Source of the DNA: Candidatus Argoarchaeum ethanivorans
Lineage (GTDB): Archaea > Halobacteriota > Methanosarcinia > Methanosarcinales > EX4572-44
NCBI GenBank assembly: GCA_004193545.1
Contig: RPGO01000009.1
Location: forward strand, 15,166 to 79,165
DNA: 64,000 nt
Direction: 5' to 3'
Positions within the stretch are counted from its first letter, which is position 1, and each line of letters begins with the position of its first letter. The position numbers and the translations under genes were made by a program. Shown piece by piece: positions 49,020 through 58,436 of the stretch. The notes beneath the pieces were generated by a model. It did no database searches and had not been told where the DNA came from. It was given only the letters and a program-made list of their open reading frames with translations.

Positions 49020-50027
49020 CTAATTTTTACCACCAATTAAATAATTAATCACCACTTCAGACAGGTCACCTGCATACTCGCCTGTTCTTCCGATGCTCTC
49101 GATAATATAGCCTACTGAGATAACCATTATGCCTTTCTGCGGCAGTGCGAGAGTGTTGATTTCTTCGTACAGTGGTGCAAGTTTTTTTACTGACTCAATG
49201 TTTTCATTGGATGCTTTTATGTCTTCTTTAAGGAATGATTCCATACTTTTTTTGAAAATTTGTAGTGCAAAATTACCAGTGGATATTACAGTATCAATGA
49301 TTTTTTTATCTATGTCCTTATCAATAAGATTTAAGACATTTTTTGCTATTATAACTGCATGATCTCCAATGCGCTCCACAATCCTGCTTATCAGGAGATA
49401 GTTAGTAGCCATTCCAAGGGTAACACCCATATTTTCTGCAAGGTTTGCATTTCTTAATATCATATTGTACTGTCGTGCAATCAACCAGTGCAGCCTGTCC
49501 ACATCATTATCCCTTGATATTACATCTTCAGCTAACATTTTATTTCCGTTTTTTAAAGCACTAATAGCATCTTCGTGCATATTTTTTACGATAATATACA
49601 TCCTCTGGATAGTATTATTAAATGGCATCTCTACTGGATTGAGTAAGTCTTTTATTATAATGGAAGTATCTGTTTCTTCCACAACTTCCTGACCTATTGT
49701 CACATCAGTAAACTCTCTAACGTTTGTTCTCACAAAAAGGGGCATCTTTTTAGCTGATTTGATTTTGATAATAGTATATCCTGCTATATATGCTCCAATT
49801 AAACACCGGTATATGCATGTTGGCTCAGTTGTGTTGTCTACGTCAAATTCCTTTGTTATTTGTACCTGTCTTCCTGTAATTTCAGTTGTAACCAGTAATG
49901 TTCCATTTGGCTGGGTAATTAATCCCAACTGGTCATTCTTCTTTATGTTCAATGATTTTGTCCATTCTTTTGGCAGGGTGATAATATAAGATGAACCGCC
50001 TGTGACCTGAACTTTTCTGATTTCCAT
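49020..50027 (-). CDS. phoU: Phosphate uptake regulator: AbrB/SpoVT-like N-terminal domain plus two PhoU repeats
   Basis: MEIRKVQVTGGSSYIITLPKEW (SpoVT/AbrB). PhoU-like helices (RIGDHAVIIAKN, RTGEYAGDLSE). Confidence 0.8.
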   Translation of the reverse strand: MEIRKVQVTGGSSYIITLPKEWTKSLNIKKNDQLGLITQPNGTLLVTTEITGRQVQITKEFDVDNTTEPTCIYRCLIGAYIAGYTIIKIKSAKKMPLFVRTNVREFTDVTIGQEVVEETDTSIIIKDLLNPVEMPFNNTIQRMYIIVKNMHEDAISALKNGNKMLAEDVISRDNDVDRLHWLIARQYNMILRNANLAENMGVTLGMATNYLLISRIVERIGDHAVIIAKNVLNLIDKDIDKKIIDTVISTGNFALQIFKKSMESFLKEDIKASNENIESVKKLAPLYEEINTLALPQKGIMVISVGYIIESIGRTGEYAGDLSEVVINYLIGGKN

Positions 50028-50132
50028 GCTATCGCCTTCAGGTAAGGTAAGTCATTATAAGTTTTTAAAGCTTTCTATATATTCACAATTCAATATAGAG
50101 TCATATTGTGATAATATAGTGAACTATAGCTT

Positions 50133-51038
50133 ATGTCGAGAAAGTATATGTGTCATAGTTTCTATTTCGGTGGTGGTGATATAATGAGGTCTAAAACTAA
50201 GACTAAAAGCAAAAAAATAACGATTGGAATGCGTGTAAGCATTGTAGGAATAATCGTTTTTGCGGCATTGTTCGCAGGATGTATCGGAGATAATGACATA
50301 AAAACACTGACAGTAGCAGGTTCTACAACTGTACTCCCGATAAATCAGGAGTGTGCAAGGCTTATGATGGACACAAATCCCGGGCTTAAAATATCAGTTT
50401 CAGGTGGCGGGTCCGGTCATGGCATAAAGTCGGTTGGTGCAGGTGAAATAAATATTGGTGCGGCATCACGAGACATAAAGTCAGAAGAGATGGAAACGTA
50501 CCCTGATCTGAAAGCGGTTGGAGTAGGCAAAGATAGTGTTGCTATCGTTGTGAATAGAGCAAATTCCATCAATGGACTTACAATGGATGAAGTGTCAAAA
50601 ATATTTGCAGGTGAGATAACTAACTGGAAGGAAGTAGGAGGAGAAGATAGCAAGATCCGCGTTCTAACAAGAGAGGATGGTTCAGGTACAAGAGAAGTCT
50701 TTGAAAAGTATGTGCTGAAACCTTCTCTGAGAGATATATCAAAAGAAGCATCAGTGAAGCCATCAAACGGTGAAGTAAGAGCAACCGTTAAGACTGACGA
50801 TAAAAGCATTGGCTATCTTTCTCTTGGCTATGTTGACACTTCGATAAAAGCCCTGGGAATAGATGGAGTGGAAGCAACCGTTGAGAATGTTCTTGCAGGC
50901 AATTATCCAATCGTAAGAACACTGTACCTTGTAACAAATGGAGAGCCAGATAAGCTTGAGAGTGAATTCATAGATTTTGTATTGAGTAATGATGGACAAG
51001 GTGTGGTTGAAGAGATGGGCTATATCAGCGTAAAATAG
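50133..51038 (+). CDS. pstS: Phosphate ABC transporter substrate-binding protein PstS
   Basis: Lipobox-like LFAGCIG, GSTTV.P and SGGGSG motifs. Probable start ATG 50184. Confidence 0.88.
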   Translation: MSRKYMCHSFYFGGGDIMRSKTKTKSKKITIGMRVSIVGIIVFAALFAGCIGDNDIKTLTVAGSTTVLPINQECARLMMDTNPGLKISVSGGGSGHGIKSVGAGEINIGAASRDIKSEEMETYPDLKAVGVGKDSVAIVVNRANSINGLTMDEVSKIFAGEITNWKEVGGEDSKIRVLTREDGSGTREVFEKYVLKPSLRDISKEASVKPSNGEVRATVKTDDKSIGYLSLGYVDTSIKALGIDGVEATVENVLAGNYPIVRTLYLVTNGEPDKLESEFIDFVLSNDGQGVVEEMGYISVK

Positions 51039-51039
51039 G

Positions 51040-51792
51040 ATGAATACGATGAAAGTGAAAATCGTGCATCTGTCAGATATTCACACTGCTAATCCGCATT
51101 TCCTTCCGGAAATGGCTCTGGAGGTGGTAGAAAGGATAAACGAGATAAATCCGGAAATCGTGATTATTACTGGTGATCTGACAGAAAGCGGTTATCCTTT
51201 TGAATTCAAGTGTGCTAAAAGCTATATCGAGAAAATAAACTGTGCATCAAAGGTGATAATTCCAGGAAATCACGATGTGAGACATGTTGGCGATCTGTGT
51301 TTCGAGGAAATATTTGGCTCAAGGTCGAAAGTTAGGCGATACAAGGGAATAACAATTGTTGGCATAGATTCTACACAGCCGGATATTGATGATGGACATA
51401 TTGGCAGGGATAAGTATGAATGGATAGAGAAGTGCTTTGATACCGATGATTTCAAGATTTTTGCATTACACCATCACCTGATGCCAGTTCCGTTTACTGG
51501 AAGGGAGAGGAATATACCAGTGGATGCCGGTGATGTCCTTGAGTTGTTGGTCAGGTGCAAGGTAGATCTTGTGCTTTCCGGGCATAAACATGTGCCATGG
51601 GTGTGGAACCTGGATGGCATGACAATACTGAATGCAGGAACAGCATGCACCAACCGGATGAAGTGGAGTATTCCCCAGTCGTTCAACCTGATTGAGCTTG
51701 ACAGTGAGATGCTTAGAATATACAAGATCTATTCCAAAGGCGGGCATGAACTTATCCTTGAAAAACCGCACAACTTTGTTGTGCGGGGATAA
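51040..51792 (+). CDS. Calcineurin-like metallophosphoesterase inserted between pstS and pstC
   Basis: LSDIH, GDLTESG, GNHD, HHH and GHKH motifs. Its last codons form part of a hairpin repeat. Confidence 0.8.
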   Translation: MNTMKVKIVHLSDIHTANPHFLPEMALEVVERINEINPEIVIITGDLTESGYPFEFKCAKSYIEKINCASKVIIPGNHDVRHVGDLCFEEIFGSRSKVRRYKGITIVGIDSTQPDIDDGHIGRDKYEWIEKCFDTDDFKIFALHHHLMPVPFTGRERNIPVDAGDVLELLVRCKVDLVLSGHKHVPWVWNLDGMTILNAGTACTNRMKWSIPQSFNLIELDSEMLRIYKIYSKGGHELILEKPHNFVVRG

Positions 51793-51891
51793 CTCTCGAT
51801 TGCGGAGCACCACACACCGTGTGCGGAAACAATTCTCGATTACGCAGTAATCGAGTGCGGCAAAATAATTCTCGATTGCAGAGCAATCGAG
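51766..51891. repeat. REP-like hairpin cluster between the phosphoesterase gene and pstC
   Basis: Three perfect hairpins: CCGCACAAC-TTT-GTTGTGCGG (51766-51786), CTCGATTAC-GCA-GTAATCGAG (51835-51855) and CTCGATTGC-AGA-GCAATCGAG (51871-51891). Confidence 0.85.
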
Positions 51892-51893
51892 AG

Positions 51894-52757
51894 ATGAACA
51901 AGGTAAACGTGGAATGGGTAATAGAGAAACTGCTGTTTATATCTGCGATCTCTTCCTCTTTCATTGTATTTTTTATTATTATATTCATGTTACACGAGGG
52001 AATTCCAGCTTTAGCTATTGGATGGGATTTCTTCTTTGGGATGGACTGGAGTCCTTCCAATAACCAGTTTGGCATTTTTCCGATAGTGGTCAGTACATTC
52101 GTGGTTGGAATCGGTTCACTATTAATTGCTGCTTTTATAGGCATACCAGCAGCAGTTTATTTAGCAGAATTCTCGCCCCGATGGGTGCACAGCATCGTTA
52201 AGCCGTGTGTGGAAATGCTGGTTGGAATTCCTTCGATAGTGCTCGGCTTCTTTGGGCTAATGGTACTTATTCCTTTGATACGGGACTCGCTTGGCGGATG
52301 GGGGGAGTGCATACTTGCTGGCTGGATAATCCTTGCGATAATGACACTGCCTCATGTCATCAGCATCTCCGAAGATTCTATTCGTGCAGTTCCGAAAGGA
52401 TTCAAGGAAGCATCGGTTGCTCTTGGTGCAACAGAGTTACAGACTATCAGGAAAGTGATACTTCCAAACGCTCGCTCAGGAATATTAGCATCCCTGATTC
52501 TTGGTATGGGAAATGCAATCGGCGAAACAATGGCTGTTTTGATGGTTATCGGCAATCCAAACATACCATGGATTCCTTCAAGCATCTTAGAACCTGTTTC
52601 TGTGCTCACGTCAGTAATAGTCATCGGGATAAACTATGCGGTCTGGGGTTCGATGCACCAGCATGCACTGTTTGCAATCGGAATCGTCCTGTTTGCAATC
52701 GTTGCTATTCTCAATGCAATAACTACTACTGTAATAAGAAAAGGAGTGAGCCGATGA
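51894..52757 (+). CDS. pstC: Phosphate ABC transporter permease PstC
   Basis: Multi-TM protein with an EAA-type loop (ISEDSIRAVPKGFKEASVALGAT). Start ATG 51894 lies downstream of the hairpin cluster. Confidence 0.88.
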   Translation: MNKVNVEWVIEKLLFISAISSSFIVFFIIIFMLHEGIPALAIGWDFFFGMDWSPSNNQFGIFPIVVSTFVVGIGSLLIAAFIGIPAAVYLAEFSPRWVHSIVKPCVEMLVGIPSIVLGFFGLMVLIPLIRDSLGGWGECILAGWIILAIMTLPHVISISEDSIRAVPKGFKEASVALGATELQTIRKVILPNARSGILASLILGMGNAIGETMAVLMVIGNPNIPWIPSSILEPVSVLTSVIVIGINYAVWGSMHQHALFAIGIVLFAIVAILNAITTTVIRKGVSR

Positions 52758-53596
52758 AAGTACGTGAGAATGTAGTGAAAATTGGGCTGTGTTCAACTTC
52801 TCTTATGGCAGTGGCAGCACTCTTTATCGTGGTTGCATACGTATTTTTTAATGGTGCAGGAATAATAAATCTGTCTTTCCTTCTTGAATCGCCTTACCGG
52901 TTTGAGTACGGTGGGATATTTCCACAGATTATAGGCTCACTGTGTCTGGTTGGGATCTGTTTGCTTTTTGCTGTTCCACTTGGCGTTGCATCAGCGATAT
53001 ATCTTGTAGAGTATGCACCCGATAATATAGTAACAGCAAGTGTGAGATTTTTTATTGAATGTCTTGCAGGAATACCATCCATTGTGATCGGTCTCTTTGG
53101 ACTTGTATTTCTCGTGTATCGCCTTGGTCTTGGAATCTCTATGTTGTCAGGTGGTCTGACTCTCGGATTTATGATCCTGCCGTGGACAGTAAGAGCTAGT
53201 GAAGAGGCGATAAAAACAGTCCCGTACTCATACATGGAAGCTTCTCTTGCGTTGGGAGCTTCAAAGTGGCAATCCATTTATGGTGTGATTCTAAAAAGCG
53301 CATATCCTGGCATCATAACCGGAATATTGCTTGGGATGGGAAAAGCAATGGGGGAAACGGCAGTTGTCCTTTTAACCGCGGGTTCGGGTCTGGAATCGTT
53401 TTTACCGCAATCAATACTTGACCCTGTAGCCTCACTACCAGTGTACATTTATATGCTGGCAACACAGGGTCACACAGAGGCATCTTATTCTCGTGCCTTT
53501 GGCGCCTCACTCGTGTTAATCACAATGTTTTTGATAATAAGTATGTTTGCCATGTTCCTTCGAAATAGATATATTACCAGAAATTCAGGTTTTTGA
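52754..53596 (+). CDS. pstA: Phosphate ABC transporter permease PstA
   Basis: EAA loop ASEEAIKTVPYSYMEASLALGAS. ATGA overlap with pstC. The upstream 183 codons of ORF 52205-53596 are an out-of-frame overlap with pstC. Confidence 0.88.
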   Translation: MKVRENVVKIGLCSTSLMAVAALFIVVAYVFFNGAGIINLSFLLESPYRFEYGGIFPQIIGSLCLVGICLLFAVPLGVASAIYLVEYAPDNIVTASVRFFIECLAGIPSIVIGLFGLVFLVYRLGLGISMLSGGLTLGFMILPWTVRASEEAIKTVPYSYMEASLALGASKWQSIYGVILKSAYPGIITGILLGMGKAMGETAVVLLTAGSGLESFLPQSILDPVASLPVYIYMLATQGHTEASYSRAFGASLVLITMFLIISMFAMFLRNRYITRNSGF

Positions 53597-53639
53597 GGCG
53601 ACAAAAGTATAGGATTTGGAGTATGGACTTGGAAGGGTC

Positions 53640-53729
53640 TTTTGACAACGTTCACTCAAACCTTGATTGCTATCGCAATCAAGAATTATGCAGTTACTAG
53701 GGGGTGTTTTGACAACGTTCACTCAAACC
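53640..53729. repeat. 23-bp perfect direct repeat flanking a REP-like hairpin
   Basis: TTTTGACAACGTTCACTCAAACC occurs at 53640-53662 and 53707-53729. The hairpin CTTGATTGC-TATC-GCAATCAAG (53662-53683) lies between them. Confidence 0.85.
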
Positions 53730-53736
53730 CCAAGTT

Positions 53737-55239
53737 TTAGCTGTAGAACTGCTCCCGTCGCATATGTTTTAGTCTGCGCTGGTATCGAATACTGTTATAA
53801 GTATCAAACTCTCTCATATAGGTGACAAAAGCACTCCAGATATCTTCTACACTCATGGTGTTTGTCATTATTACAGGAAGCTGAAGATTATACCGCCACC
53901 ATTCTGTGGTTAGAATTTTAATACCAAGAGATTCCGCCTCATCATAAGCGCGTGTGCCTGGATACGGTGTTAACAGATGCACCTGTGCCTGGTCAGACTC
54001 GATCTCTTCTGCACACGCAAGGGTTTCAAACACCGTTCCTGTAAGATCGCCTTCGTAAGTCCTGCCATATTCAGCTTTTTTTAGATACGATTCAAAAGCC
54101 TTGTCTGCGCGCTCTCCAGGAAACCCAATAATATAGGATGCGACAGTGGTAATACCAGCATCATGTGCCAACTTTACAGCATTTTTTGCCTGCTCGATTG
54201 TGATGCGCTTTCCAACAAAACGATCCAGTATATTCTGGTTTCCAGACTCTATCCCATAGTAGATCATGTTGCATCCCGCCTCTGACATGTGAGATAATAA
54301 TTCAGGGGTCACGCTATCAACACGTGTTGAACATGCCCAGGTAATATCAAGCCCACGCTCTACAATTTCATTACAGATGTCAATAGCTCTTTTGTTATCT
54401 AATGTAAAGGTGTCATCATTAAAGACAAAACGATTAAAGTCGTAGTCATTTACTACACTCTGAAGTTCATCTACTACATTTGCAGGGCTTCTTGCACGAA
54501 AAAGATGTCCTGCCATCTTTGAAGTGGAACAGAACACACATCCAAACGGACATCCCCGGCTCGTGAGAATTGGAACTTCGTGCATGCCCCGTTTGATGTA
54601 TTTTTCTGACCAGAGATGTCGTGCCGGGAATGGCAGAGTGTCAAGGTCATCGATAAATGCTCGATCTGCATTATTCACAATCAGGTGTTTGACCCGATAG
54701 GTGATTCCGTCAATCCCTGTTAGAGGCAGTTTGCCAGCTATTGCCTTTACAAGCTCCAGCATAGTTTCTTCTCCTTCCCCGCGAACAACCACATCAATAG
54801 AGGGTGTTTCCCGAAGCGTCTGCCCTGCAGTAAAACTTACATGCGGACCCCCGATAACAGTCATCACTTTAGGCAGAAGATGCTTTGAAAGTTCTGCAAC
54901 CTTTTGTGCTTGCTGATAGTTTGGTGTGAAACAGGAAATGCCGACCACGTCCGGTTTGAATTCAAGAATGGTTTTTCCAATATCATCAAGTTTCATCTTC
55001 AAACTCTGTGCATCACACAGACTTACCTTAAATCCTCCTTTTTCAAGTACTGCTGCAATATAAGATGTACCGAGAGGCGGTGAAATAATATTAATCAGTC
55101 CAAGTCTCTTTCCATCAACGCCTGCAATAGGAATGTCTGCAGCAGGAGCATTTATTAACAATACCTTCAACAAAACCACCAAGATACCAGAGTTACTATC
55201 TGGTACAGACGTCCAATCATTATTTAAACATAACGTCAC
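53737..55239 (-). CDS. B12-binding-domain radical SAM protein
   Basis: N-terminal cobalamin-binding-like domain, then TSRGCPFGCVFCS (CxxxCxxC). The likely start is TTG 55170 (MKVLLINAP). Confidence 0.8.
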   Translation of the reverse strand: MTLCLNNDWTSVPDSNSGILVVLLKVLLINAPAADIPIAGVDGKRLGLINIISPPLGTSYIAAVLEKGGFKVSLCDAQSLKMKLDDIGKTILEFKPDVVGISCFTPNYQQAQKVAELSKHLLPKVMTVIGGPHVSFTAGQTLRETPSIDVVVRGEGEETMLELVKAIAGKLPLTGIDGITYRVKHLIVNNADRAFIDDLDTLPFPARHLWSEKYIKRGMHEVPILTSRGCPFGCVFCSTSKMAGHLFRARSPANVVDELQSVVNDYDFNRFVFNDDTFTLDNKRAIDICNEIVERGLDITWACSTRVDSVTPELLSHMSEAGCNMIYYGIESGNQNILDRFVGKRITIEQAKNAVKLAHDAGITTVASYIIGFPGERADKAFESYLKKAEYGRTYEGDLTGTVFETLACAEEIESDQAQVHLLTPYPGTRAYDEAESLGIKILTTEWWRYNLQLPVIMTNTMSVEDIWSAFVTYMREFDTYNSIRYQRRLKHMRREQFYS

Positions 55240-55386
55240 CGTGGGGTTGGAAATTATAACGTTAATTAACTGAAGTCAGTAAAAGTTATGTACTTTTCCG
55301 ACAGTTTTGTAATGGTTCCTATGGGCGACTGGGCAAAATCAAGATCAGGGAACTAAGAAGAACTAAAGTGTAAGAGGTAATTCGGC

Positions 55387-56475
55387 ATGACAGAAAAGGC
55401 TGAAAACGATGGAAAAAACCAGCATTCGAGTGAGACAAATGGTTTTAAGTTTGCAGTAACACTGCTTGCAGCTTTTGGAACTATTTTCTATACGGTATAT
55501 AATTACCTTCAACACACAGCGGTTGACATTTATTGGTATAAATTTCTTTGTGGAATAATTTCTGTCACGCTTATTTTGGTAGTTGGTCTGCTGTTGTATA
55601 TTTTGATTATGGGGTGGGCGATGGAAGTACACAGCGTCCTGGCAAAAAGAAAAGCGGAGGGGTGGGCATCAGATATTTATTTAGCATCCTTTTTAGCCTT
55701 CGTGATGTTACTGGTGTACATTTTGCTTACTTTTGTCGCTTACCGAAATGGGTGGATCAGTCCAAAGAGTGAACTACCTCTGGCGATACTATCCTTTCTG
55801 GTGTGTTCTATACTCTATTATTTATTTTTTAAAGAAACTACGATTAGTGAGGATGTGATTGGATTATTCTTTATAATCCTTCTTTTACTCTATTATTTAT
55901 TTTTTAAAGAAACTTCGATCAATAATAGACATGCGGCGGAGTTAGTAATTATATTTGGTATTATTATCTGTTGCTTACCTTTGATAAAAAAACCTGGGTC
56001 ATCAGAAAAATATGGAGGGTACCAATTGATAAAAGTGGTATATTTGCTTGCTTTAGTTATGACTATTTTGTTACTTCTATTCTTCCCAGTTTTAAACTCT
56101 CCGCTGCAAGGTCATGTGACTGTTGATATGGACAGCATCTGTTACACGGATGGTGCGCCGATTCCTGTGTTAATTCAGGTAACAGGACCGAATACTAATT
56201 TATCCATAAAGTTATCTAAAGAATCTGACCATAATTTAACTCTTATAGACTCGATTAAATTAAAACCAGAACACAATGAAAAACAAACGGCATATATAAA
56301 TAAGAACTCGGTTTTACCTGGTAATTTATCTGGTAATACGTTAGGTGAAGGAAAATACAGCGTATTTATCAATACCACCAATCTGACAACAGGGTATTAT
56401 GAAATCAAGTCTGTGCGTCCGGAGTATACGGAAAGCTATGGTGTAAAAAGATTTTACCTGTTGGACAACAGTTAG
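55387..56475 (+). CDS. Hypothetical polytopic membrane protein with a C-terminal extracellular beta-rich domain
   Basis: 362-aa AT-rich ORF. It has an internal 27-nt exact duplication (55813-55839 and 55888-55914) encoding LYYLFFKET. Confidence 0.55.
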   Translation: MTEKAENDGKNQHSSETNGFKFAVTLLAAFGTIFYTVYNYLQHTAVDIYWYKFLCGIISVTLILVVGLLLYILIMGWAMEVHSVLAKRKAEGWASDIYLASFLAFVMLLVYILLTFVAYRNGWISPKSELPLAILSFLVCSILYYLFFKETTISEDVIGLFFIILLLLYYLFFKETSINNRHAAELVIIFGIIICCLPLIKKPGSSEKYGGYQLIKVVYLLALVMTILLLLFFPVLNSPLQGHVTVDMDSICYTDGAPIPVLIQVTGPNTNLSIKLSKESDHNLTLIDSIKLKPEHNEKQTAYINKNSVLPGNLSGNTLGEGKYSVFINTTNLTTGYYEIKSVRPEYTESYGVKRFYLLDNS

Positions 56476-56697
56476 TCATTTAATCCCCCTTCTCAAGGCA
56501 CCTACAATATCACTTCTATAAACTATCCAATCTTGAATTCAGGTTAGGACACATATAAAAACCTTGATGGAAGTAATACGAATAATCTGTTTCAAAAATC
56601 AAGATATGTAGTTGACAATTCTCAAAAATTGGATAACCTATTTTACCGGGAGTGCCCCTACATATAAAAGCGTCACAGTCCTGGATGGAAAATAACC

Positions 56698-57334
56698 ATG
56701 AAATCCCTTAAAACAAAAAATAATTCAAATCTTGAAATCATATTTGTTGGCCGCTCAAACGTTGGTAAATCCAGTCTTATCAGGTGTTTAACCGGGCGAA
56801 GTGTGCCGACCACGCAAGCCTGGTCTTACGCGGAAGCCGCTTAACCTTGAGCTTGATGATTTGATTATCACAGATATGCCAGGTTTTGGTTTTATTAGTG
56901 GAGTTGAAGAGAAATATATTAATGCAGTAAAGGATGAAATAGTTCATTATATCGAGGATCATGCTGACCGTATTATGCTTGGTTTTGTGGTAGTGGATGC
57001 AAAGTCTTTTCTTGATATAGTTAATCGGTGGTTAAACCAGGGAGAAATTCCAGTTGACCTTGAGATGTATGATTTTCTCTCTGATCTTGCAATCGATACA
57101 AAGTTGCTGGTAAATAAAATCGATAAAATCAGGGAGAACCGTGACGAGTTGCTGGATGCGGTTGGTGAGCAGTTTAATATGCTTCCACCGTGGCAGCAGT
57201 GGCTTGATACTATTCTACCGGTAAGTGCTAAAAAGAAAGAGATTCAACCACTGCAACACGTGATCAGGCAAAAGTTAGTGGACATTAAAAAAGAGCGATT
57301 GTTAAAATACTTCAGTACCAAATGTTTTAGGTAA
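56698..57334 (+). pseudogene. engB: GTP-binding protein EngB/YsxC, split by a frameshift
   Basis: Frame 1 reads MKSLK...IIFVGRSNVGKSSLIRCLTGR and then stops at 56842-56844. Frame 2 (ORF 56801-57334) continues RKPGLTRKPLNLELDDLIITDMPGFGF...NKIDK. The shift must lie at about 56792-56803. Confidence 0.7.
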
Positions 57335-57377
57335 GATTTAATACATCTCTGCATAATACTACCTCTGGTGTTCATAT

Positions 57378-58430
57378 TTGATTAAACCACCACGACTTAT
57401 TGCATGGGAACTTACCTGTGCCTGCAATCTCAGGTGTATTCATTGTCGGGGAAGTGCCACTGAAAAGCCAGACACTGATGAGCTTTCTCTTGGAGAAGCA
57501 AAGCATTTCATCGATGAACTTGTAGACTACGGCAAGCCAATTCTGATTCTAACAGGTGGCGAACCGCTTGTACGGGAAGATGTGTTTGAAATTGCACGAT
57601 ACGGGACAGATAAAGGACTTCGCGTAGTGCTTGCTACCAATGGAACGCTGGTTACTAAGGAAGTTGCACACAAAATGCGAGAGTCAGGTATCAAGCGCGT
57701 GAGTGTGAGTATTGACGGGTCTTCTGCAGAAATACATGATAAATTTCGAGGTATGCCCGGAAGCTTCGAGGCATCGCTACATGGTATTGATGAAATAAAG
57801 AAAGCAGGTATCGAGTTTCAGGTTAATACAACGATTACCAGGCATAATATCAAAGAAGTTACAAAAATCTATGATTTTGCCCTAAGTATTGGGGCAAAGG
57901 CACTGCACGTATTTATGCTGGTTCCGACTGGACGAGGCAACGCGATGGAAGGTGATGAAATTCCTCCAGATGAGTACGAACACGTGCTTAACTGGGTGTA
58001 TGATGTTAACTATCTAAGTAACAGTCAGATGCAAGTAAAAGCAACCTGTGCACCACACTATTTCAGAATTATGCGGAAGCGCGCAAAAGAGGATGGTATA
58101 AAAATCACAGCACAGACACACGGTTTTGAAGCTGTAACCAAGGGCTGCCTTGGTGGGACCGGGTTCTGCTTTGTATCTCATACTGGCGAGGTATGCCCCT
58201 GTGGTTTCCTTCCGGTAATTGCCGGAAACATCAGGGAAATGCCATTCAAAAAGATATGGGAGCAGTCGAAGATATTCAATGATCTAAGAGATGCAAATAA
58301 ACTTAAAGGCAAATGTGGCATCTGTGAATATCGCAGGGTATGTAGTGGTTGTCGTGCACGAGCTTTTGCTGAAACTGGAGACTACCTTTCAGAAGAGCCG
58401 TATTGCACATACATCCCTAAAAAAAGTTGA
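57378..58430 (+). CDS. ahbD: Radical SAM/SPASM enzyme of the NirJ/Ahb family (AhbD-like heme synthase)
   Basis: ELTCACNLRCIHC. A C-terminal Cys-rich SPASM region (CGICEYRRVCSGCRARA). Adjacent to the siroheme decarboxylase subunit gene. TTG start. Confidence 0.65.
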   Translation: MIKPPRLIAWELTCACNLRCIHCRGSATEKPDTDELSLGEAKHFIDELVDYGKPILILTGGEPLVREDVFEIARYGTDKGLRVVLATNGTLVTKEVAHKMRESGIKRVSVSIDGSSAEIHDKFRGMPGSFEASLHGIDEIKKAGIEFQVNTTITRHNIKEVTKIYDFALSIGAKALHVFMLVPTGRGNAMEGDEIPPDEYEHVLNWVYDVNYLSNSQMQVKATCAPHYFRIMRKRAKEDGIKITAQTHGFEAVTKGCLGGTGFCFVSHTGEVCPCGFLPVIAGNIREMPFKKIWEQSKIFNDLRDANKLKGKCGICEYRRVCSGCRARAFAETGDYLSEEPYCTYIPKKS

Positions 58431-58436
58431 GTTCCA

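Noticed and set aside
52205-52753. Long N-terminal extension of the pstA ORF (the 463-aa track entry).
   Set aside because: It overlaps pstC out of frame, and its sequence is Cys/Arg-rich nonsense. The real pstA starts at ATG 52754 with an ATGA overlap.
55813-55914. 27-nt exact internal duplication in the 362-aa membrane ORF.
   Set aside because: It is in frame (25 codons apart) and duplicates a TM-flanking LYYLFFKET segment. It is probably a simple intragenic duplication with no evidence of a regulatory role.
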